In this document: positions 56,368 through 64,000 of the stretch, one piece after another
Position numbering within the stretch: the first letter of the stretch is position 1
Layout: each line of letters begins with the position of its first letter
NCBI GenBank assembly: GCA_964016885.1
Contig: OZ024755.1
Location: 9,734,001-9,798,000, forward strand
From: Eledone cirrhosa
Lineage: Eukaryota
Direction: 5' to 3'
Length of the DNA: 64,000 nucleotides
Notes under the pieces: model-generated
What the model saw: the letters and a program-made list of their open reading frames with translations, nothing else
What the model was told of the DNA's origin: nothing
The model's database searches: none
Translations under genes and position numbers: made by a program

Positions 56368-57494
56368 GAAAAGAAACAATGCTTAAATGCCCTCCTGGCC
56401 AATGGAGCACTGTGTTTAAGCACACCTAAGCACAGTGGTAAATCTGGCACTGATCAGCAGGCGTATGGATCAAACCCACACCTCTTGTTTGTACAGTAAG
56501 GAGGAGGAGTGTGGGAAATGTTGGTTTTGTTAAATGCAATTTGTGTTAGAAAACACAGTTCAGAAGTAGAATGGTAAATGTTGTCAGTGAGAGCTTGAAG
56601 AGACACTTCTAATTAGTTTAATGTAGGATTAGAGTTGGTATGGGGAAGGGTATGTGTGTGTGTGTATGTATAGTTAATGTTAATGTGTGTGTGTGGTTAG
56701 AGCTAATATGAGTGTGTGTGTGTGGTTAGAGCTAATATGAGTGTGTGTGTAAATATGTCTACACATCACCTTCAAAATGACAACTGTATCAAGACCTAAT
56801 GCTCATTAGTTAATTATTTCCTGTAATTATCTGTTTTAGTTCAGCAAATTCAAAAGACAGGTGATCTGCTCAGTCAGGCTGACCTGGGGCTAAACAATGA
56901 CGTGACTAGTGCTTAGTTACAGTTCATTTAACCCCTTTTGTAGCCATATACAAACACTGCGCAATTGTGGTGAGAAGCAGTGTTTGGCAATTGAACAGAG
57001 ACAATGTTGGGTCTGAGAAAACTCTTCAGTCTGACCTAGCATTTGACAACCTCTCTAGTGATGGTGTCACAAAATACACCCAGTACATCCTGTAAAGTGA
57101 GTGCTGTTGCCACAATAAAATATACCGAATATACCCTGTAAAGTGGTACTACTTCATAGTAACACTGACCAGCTGTCACTATCTCACCGAATCAGTTGAA
57201 TGATATGATGATATGTTTCCCAGCCTCCATGTCGTCATTTTGTCCCTAATCATTACTAACAACAAAGTGATAATAGTTATTGTTGTTAGAGCTCATATCT
57301 ATGTAGGTTTAGCTAGATTTCTACAAGGTTGCATTTCATAGGAGGGTTTTCTTTAGTGTTTTAATAATAATTACCCCAGTCCTATCATGTTTTTGTTGTT
57401 GTTCTTACAGTTCACACTTATGTAGGTTTAGCTGGCTTCCTATACAAGATTGCAACTCGATAAAATTGTTGGCCTAAATCAGAAACCAGTATTA

Positions 57495-58127
57495 TCTATA
57501 TATCTAAAACAGAGAATGTCTGCCTGTCTGACTCCCTAAAACTCGAGAACCATCCAACTGATTGTTTTCAAACATTACATATGAAATACTTATGGTCCTG
57601 TGAGTGTTTTGAGCAAAAAATATTTCAAATTTTCAATGCCCTAGGGACCACATTAGGCGATTTAGCAATCTCTTTCTATAATACTTAGTCTTTCTTTTTT
57701 AGATAGATACATAGATATAACGTTGCGCCCTTATAATATCTGTCTGTATGTCTGGCTGTCTGCATTACGACATTATGACGCTATATGTGTGTGTGTATAT
57801 ATGTATATATAGTGTGTGTTTGTATATATATATATATATATATAGTGTGTAACGTTTTTCGAAATATTTACTTCTGCGTTCACAGATGGATTTTTTTAGT
57901 TTCAGAAGATCCCGTTAAGGGTGAAAGCAGCGATTCTTTGCTTAAACTTTAATCTGTTATTTTAATATATATATATAATTATATATTCGTGTACAGATAT
58001 TTTTGCATACACAATAACAAAATATAAACAAACGTATTTATTTCACGAGGCTCGATAAGGATAAATATATATCAAATATATAAGAGCCCGAGAGCAAATC
58101 CCGAGCAACGCCGGGCCATTCTGCTAG
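57495..58127 (+). mobile_element. Non-autonomous Helitron (related to 22782-23716)
   Basis: A|TCTATATATCTAAAA start; CCCG-agcaacgc-CGGG hairpin and CTAG|T end; 5' part homologous to 23320-23716. Confidence 0.85.
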
Positions 58128-60874
58128 TTAATACTATTATCATAAACATTACCACCATCACCCCCCACCCCCCATTATCACCGCCACCACCACTTATTGA
58201 CATTGGATCTGACCATGGTGACACTATTCATTTCTGTCCCCCTCCTCTATAAGACTCCTTGTTGACATTTACCACTCCCCCCTCCCTCCTTACAATCCCC
58301 CATATCTGATGATAAATGAGATGGGGAGAGAAGACTTTGCTGACATCTCTCTCTCTCTCTCTCATGTAGTACCCATTTTTCATCCTCTCCTACCATGACA
58401 CAACCCAATTGCTATCCTGTAACCTTACTCACCCATCTAACCAGCACCACCACTACCATAACCCTCTCTCCCCTACCACCTTGCTATAGAAACCATGCCA
58501 AAAAACTGAACACACTGAGGTAGATGTAGTTCCTGCCCCCTCAGTCGACCAGCCCATCAAGGAGGACAGTAGCTTCAATTAAGTAGAGGCTGTCTATAAT
58601 GACCACTCCAATTTATAATAGCAAGGAAGAACGGATGTAAAATGATAATACAGGAACTTTGTACAGGATATTAATACCTACATGTATATACACATAGGTA
58701 TTAATATTCTGACATATACAGACATTTATGCATATACACAAATACACACACATATATATGTATATACACATACGTACATATATATATACACATACATACA
58801 TATATATATACACATACATACATATATATGTATATATAAGCTAGCAAGGGAAACAGACAGTAAATGTTTGTGTTTGTATGTGTGTGCGCACATGTATACC
58901 TATATTGATATCCTCTTCCATTTCTATAAGTAGTTTTCAATATAAAGGATGTTATGCAGACAATACTACCCCACCAGCTTTTGACATTGATCCCTACTGA
59001 TTTCAAGGTCAGCAGACCAATTAACCCCCAACCAGTCCAGGTTCTATCATACAAGTGTTATTTAAACCGGCCGTATCTGGACAGAATTCTCTCACCTCCT
59101 GTTCAAACCGGCTGTAACCGTCCACCCATACTTATGTTAAGGTATTGTTCTCAAAATAAATAACATCAAAATCTCATAGATTCAATATTATGTGAGGTAA
59201 AGCCTTTACCATGAAGATATAATAGTAAATATAGAGTAAGGTAAATGATAAAGGGTTTAACTGTTCATATTCATCTAAAAACTTACCAACAATTTTATAG
59301 AAGAACTTTTATAAAGTTGTGCTCCAAACATCAGATAAATAATGAGAAAATTATATCACTAAATCTTTCCAAATTTCAGATTATTTTCAACATTTGAAAA
59401 CCATATACATTAGAATTCATCATCATTATCACCGTTTAACGTCCATTTTCCATGCTAGCATGGGTTACAAAAGGGTTAAAGTGTTTATATTTATCTAAAA
59501 ACCTTCCATAATAATTCTATGTAAGAACCTTTAAGTTATGTTTTAAGCATCAGCTTAATAATAAAAAAGTTATATTACTAAATCTTTCTAAATTCTTGAT
59601 TATTTTCGAAATTATTTGAAAGTCATAGGGAGGGGTTTTTCACATTATACCACCACCAAGGCTAAGGCTGGTCTCATATCACCAACACCACCACCACCCA
59701 AACAAGACCTGGATCTCTATAATAAAGCTGGTCTCATACCACCATCACCACCACTCAGGCATGACCTGGTTCTCTGACCAACCCAGTCACAGTCAACACA
59801 TGCCAGTATGGAAAATAGATGCAAAATGATGATGATGATGACAATGATATGTGCATGCATAGAAGAATATGCTAAACATAGGGTAGAGAGGACCCTTCAC
59901 TTGTGTCAAAGATACGTCTTTAGTGCTGCTACCATAGTAGAGAGGGCATGTCACTCGTGTCAAAGATATGACAACTTCTCTAATGCAGGTGTTATCATAA
60001 AATTCACCCAGTACACTGTAGAGTGCTGGAATGTATGTGAGATTCAGGCCCCTGGCCCATCTGAATGGTCAGTTGCTCCAATTAAGTGCTGACAGTCTGT
60101 GGAAGAACAAACGTTAAATGATGATGATGATGATATGTTAAATGATATATGCAGTGGGGATTTATATGAGCACAAGAAATATATTCAGTAGTAAGTAAAT
60201 ATACGACACTTACCAAATGATAATCCTTGAGAATAGCAGGGCATATCTAAGACATATGTTGATGAGATAAGATAGAAGAAATATTTCACTGTCCTAACAG
60301 CAACTCGTGTCAAATAAATAATCAGATTTCTTCATACAGAAGTTTATATATACCAAAGAGTGTGTAACTGAGAGAAAGAGAGCGAGATAGAGAGGAGGAG
60401 GCCACCAGGAAATGTTTCAATAGCCTAAGCCTGAGTCATTTTAATTAATTTGTTTAAACAAAATATGACTAGAGAATCACATCCAGGAAAGTTCTTTAGC
60501 CCACACACACACAACTGATGTAAATACAAGATGAATTACAAACAGACAGAAATGATAGGGAAGACAATTTGCTCCAAAGATATTGTTAACCTTCAGAATA
60601 TAAAACAATGAAATCAAACAACCAGTATATATAGCATATACATATATATATATTATTGGCAATATGACCCTCCCAAAGCATAACAACATTATATATATAT
60701 CATCATTTCATTTTACGTCCGCTTTTCCCTGCTTGCAAGGGTGGGACGGGAACTGATTTTATATATATATATATATAATTGTTTCTACTTTAGGCACAAG
60801 GCCAGCAATTACCCAGTACATTACTGGTACTTTATTTTATCGACCCCGTAAGGATGAAAGGCAAAGTCATATAT

Positions 60875-61070
60875 AATGAAGGAAATGTGGTAAGGAACCA
60901 GATGGACCATAACGCACCAAAGTACTCAATACTTAGGGTAGTAGAGTGGGTGATAGGAACGAATAGGACCCCGACGGCTGAGCTCAAGCCGTTTCGACGG
61001 CTAATTCTGGGTCCAGAATTAGCCGTCGAAACAGCTTGAGCTCAGCCGTCGGGGTCCTACTCGTTCCTAT
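60875..61070 (-). mobile_element. Family B palindromic element
   Basis: 58-bp inverted arms 60953-61010 and 61013-61070; flanked by (TA)n. Confidence 0.65.
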
Positions 61071-61160
61071 ATATATATATATATATGTTATTCCGGGTTG
61101 AATCGGAGGTAACCACAGTACTCAATACATAGCAGAGTATAAAAGTTTTAATATAGATGA

Positions 61161-61259
61161 GATTCTACAGGACTAGAACTGTTTCATTCTTTAGAAATCA
61201 TCAGGAATCAGATTCCTGATGATTTCTAAATAATGAAACAGTTCTAGTCCTGTAGAATC
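61161..61259. ncRNA. Back-to-back hammerhead pair (family A): 61161-61209 minus, 61211-61259 plus
   Basis: Same motif as the 30.4 kb copy; 66-bp inverted arms with a 1-nt spacer and one mismatch. Confidence 0.75.
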
Positions 61260-61281
61260 TCATCTATATTAAAACTATATA

Positions 61282-61361
61282 TATAGGGTGTCTCAAAAAA
61301 TGTATACATACTTCAACAGCATTCTAATAAATGTGTATACATTTTTGGGGTACACCCTGTA
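61282..61361. mobile_element. Tc1/mariner-like mini-MITE, ~80 bp
   Basis: TA-(C/T)AGGGTGT...ACACCCTG-TA terminal inverted repeats; second copy at about 47397-47478. Confidence 0.7.
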
Positions 61362-61725
61362 TATATTCTTTTATATATGTTCTTTTACATACATTCCTCT
61401 ATTCTTTTGCTAGTTTCAGACATTAGACTGCGGCCATGCTGGGGCCTAACATCGAAGGGATTTAGTTGATCAGTATTTATTTCTTCAAGTCCAGTACTGA
61501 TTTTATCAACCGCTTTTTGTTGAACCACTAAGTGACAGAACATAAATAGCGTGTATGTTTGTACATGTAGGTGTGTGTATATGTGTATGTGTACTGTAAA
61601 AAGTAAAATAAACTGCACTAAATTTAGACTTCATGAATACACTCATTATATTAACTTATTGAATTTTCAACATTGTAAAAGCTTAGTATGCTTTATGATT
61701 TTACGTAAACAAAACTATTTATCCT

Positions 61726-61920
61726 GTGATGTGACAAGGGCATTGACAGTGGGTATGATGAGGTAATTAATCTTTGATTTGACAAGGGCATTGATACTCT
61801 ACACACACTCACCTTGATGTGACAAGGGCATTGACAGTGGGTATGATGAGGTAATTAATCTTTGATTTGACAAGGGCATTGACACTCTACAGACACTCAT
61901 CCTGATTTCACAAAAGCATT
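61726..61920. repeat. Tandem duplication of ~90 bp
   Basis: TGATGTGACAAGGGCATTGACAGTGGGTATGATGAGGTAATTAATCTTTGATTTGACAAGGGCATTGA occurs twice. Confidence 0.85.
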
Positions 61921-62369
61921 CATCATCAATCATAATTTAATATCATTTTTTTTTTGCTAGCAAAGGTTGGCCGAATCTCCACCAATGGAGTCAGTACTGA
62001 AGAGTAGATGCAGACCTCCCCGTCTCATCAGAGAGATCAGTATCTCATAAGATCCTGCATGCTGCCAAGTGCATTTTTTCTTGACACCAGCACTAGAGAG
62101 GTTGTCATGTCTTTGACACAACTGATGTGTTCTCCCAACACTTTGTTTGGCAATCTTTCTACAGCTGGATACCCTTCCTATAACCAACAACTTTATAGTG
62201 TGTTGTGGATGTTTTTATCGTGGAGATCACCAACACTAGAGAGGCTGTTGTGCCATCGACATAAGTGAAGGGTCCTCTTAATTTTTGGTATGGTTCTACA
62301 GCGAGATACTCATCCTATCACCAACCCTCTTTCAGGGTTTATAGGATTTATTTTCATGGCCTCAGCACT

Positions 62370-63040
62370 CGCATCGGCGTTTCCCTGAGGCTCGGCCTCC
62401 GGATCTGCCAGCCACACCAATGTCGTTGCGGTTTCACTCCACCCGCTTTCCTGTCGCCACAGTGCCGGCCGCATTCCACGCCATGTTGCCCTCAACGAGG
62501 TCATTAAGCATGGCTTGGACGCTGCAGGCTTCTCTTCCCAGCTCGAGCCGGTGGGGCTGGATCGAGGGGATGGCATGACCATCTTCCCGTTCCGCGGTGG
62601 CAAACCCCTCATCTGGGATGCCACTTACACCAACACTTTCTGCAGCCGCAACCTGGTGCAGTCTGCGACTAACCTAGGTTCTGCTGCACGTCGGGCTGAG
62701 GGGGCCAAACTCCTCAAATACCGGTCGCTCTCCGACAGGTTTGCAGTCGTACCGCTGGCAGTGGAGACTTCTGGTGTCCTCGGCCCCAGAAATACCTCCT
62801 TACTCACCACCATAGGCGCTGAGCTGGCCAGCCGCAGGTGTGAGCCCCGCGAGTTGAAGTGGCTTTTTCCAGCACGTCTCCTTTGCCATCCTCCGGGGAA
62901 ACGCCTTCTCCATTCTGTCTGCTGGGGCTGTGGGTGGGCCCCATCGCGTACTGTTGTAGTTGTAGAAGAAACAGGAAGACAACAACTGGAAAGTTTGATT
63001 TTCTACTTTATCATTTACTGAAATATATATACTTTGTCAT
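62370..63040 (+). mobile_element. CRE/NeSL-like non-LTR retrotransposon 3' fragment (restriction-like endonuclease)
   Basis: GC-rich; LGLRICQPHQCRCG zinc knuckle, RH..LNEVI, LEPVGLDRGDG, LIWDAT, AE..K..KY, PLAVETSG, RGNA; frameshifted. Confidence 0.85.
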
Positions 63041-63503
63041 AAAAACGTTCTTGAAATTGTCAGTTATTGTCTGTCTCAACTGAAGAGCCCTCCCTGTCTT
63101 AGTGTGAAGGAAGGGTGGAAGAGAGAGAAGAATATTAACTCGAATTTGGGCAGGGGAGGGGGGGGGGGACACACCAGTGTATAAGAATTTTCAAAGGGGA
63201 ATGTAGTGATGGTGAGAATAGCTACTAAGGGGTAATAGGAGACCTGAATGGGATGGTGGATATCATGAGGGGGGGGGGGGGTACTCACCAGCAAGGCATA
63301 ATTTAAGGGAGGGGGCTTAGTTATTGTGGGAATAGCCAAGGAGTAATAGTGGAGGGGCAGGGATGGGGTAGTGTAGTGAGGTTGGGAATAACTATGAATA
63401 GTGTTGGAAGCATGTGTAGGGTGGGAGTTGTATAGTTGAGGATAGCTATTAAGGAGTACTAGTGAAGGATGGAAAGACAAGGATGTGTCAGGATACATTT
63501 AAT

Positions 63504-63689
63504 TGTTTCTACTTTAGGCACAAGGCCAGCAATTATCCAGTGCATTACTGGTACTTTATTTTATCGACCCCGTAAGGATGAAAGGCAAAGTCAACCTCGG
63601 CGGGATTTGAACTCAGATCGTAAAGGGACGTAACTATGCTGGAAAGCATGGCGTCCGACCCTCTACCGATACTGCCAATCCACCGCCCT
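63504..63689 (-). mobile_element. tRNA-derived SINE with Nin/Deu-like central domain and 20-bp TSD
   Basis: GCCTTTCATCCTTACGGGGTCGATAAAATAAAGTACCAG domain; TSD TGTGTCAGGATACATTTAAT at 63484-63503 and 63690-63709. Confidence 0.9.
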
Positions 63690-64000
63690 TGTGTCAGGAT
63701 ACATTTAATGCTGGTAGGTGAGTCATCACCAGAGTAGTCAGTTACCACTCCTCACAGTTCTTTCTCAACTGTTAGGTTTAGCTCACCTCATCCCACTTAG
63801 ATTACTTTGCATTTCTTTGTACAGCTGTCATCCTCCACACATATCCTTGACCACTATATCCAATTCCTCTTATGCCAAGTTTTTCTCTCAGCTTTCTTAG
63901 GCATTAGCTCTGAATTTGACAAGAGCATTGACCCTGACTGTGAGGAGGGATTTGACCCTGAGTGTGAAGAGGGACTTGACCCTGAGTGTGAAGAGGGACT

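Noticed and set aside
62310-62985. Minus-strand ORFs 62310-62624, 62625-62813 and 62800-62985 as a host gene
   Set aside because: Antisense shadows of the GC-rich retrotransposon fragment.

Overview
AT-rich, repeat-dense animal genomic DNA, most likely an octopod cephalopod (inferred from the SINE, RTE and microsatellite repertoire). One protein-coding gene is well supported: a bifunctional 6-phosphofructo-2-kinase/fructose-2,6-bisphosphatase (PFKFB) on the minus strand. I reconstructed 11 GT-AG exons by hand (46264 down to 879; 1083 nt, 361 codons, all phases compatible). Its first intron is about 27.6 kb and its 3' end lies beyond the left edge of the window. Nearly all ORF-track entries are microsatellite or repeat artefacts. 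The rest is transposable-element debris: tRNA-derived SINEs, RTE LINE 3' ends, TTAA/piggyBac-like and Tc1-like MITEs, two non-autonomous Helitrons, a Gypsy remnant and a GC-rich CRE-like LINE fragment. The most notable signal is a set of short elements, mostly inserted in (TA)n tracts, that carry type I hammerhead-ribozyme motifs (CUGANGA...GAAA...GUH with paired stems). They fall into several sequence families. Several are arranged as near-perfect palindromes in which the antisense copy precedes the ribozyme on either strand, and several lie inside PFKFB introns. They resemble Penelope-like pseudo-LTR remnants; catalytic activity is untested.
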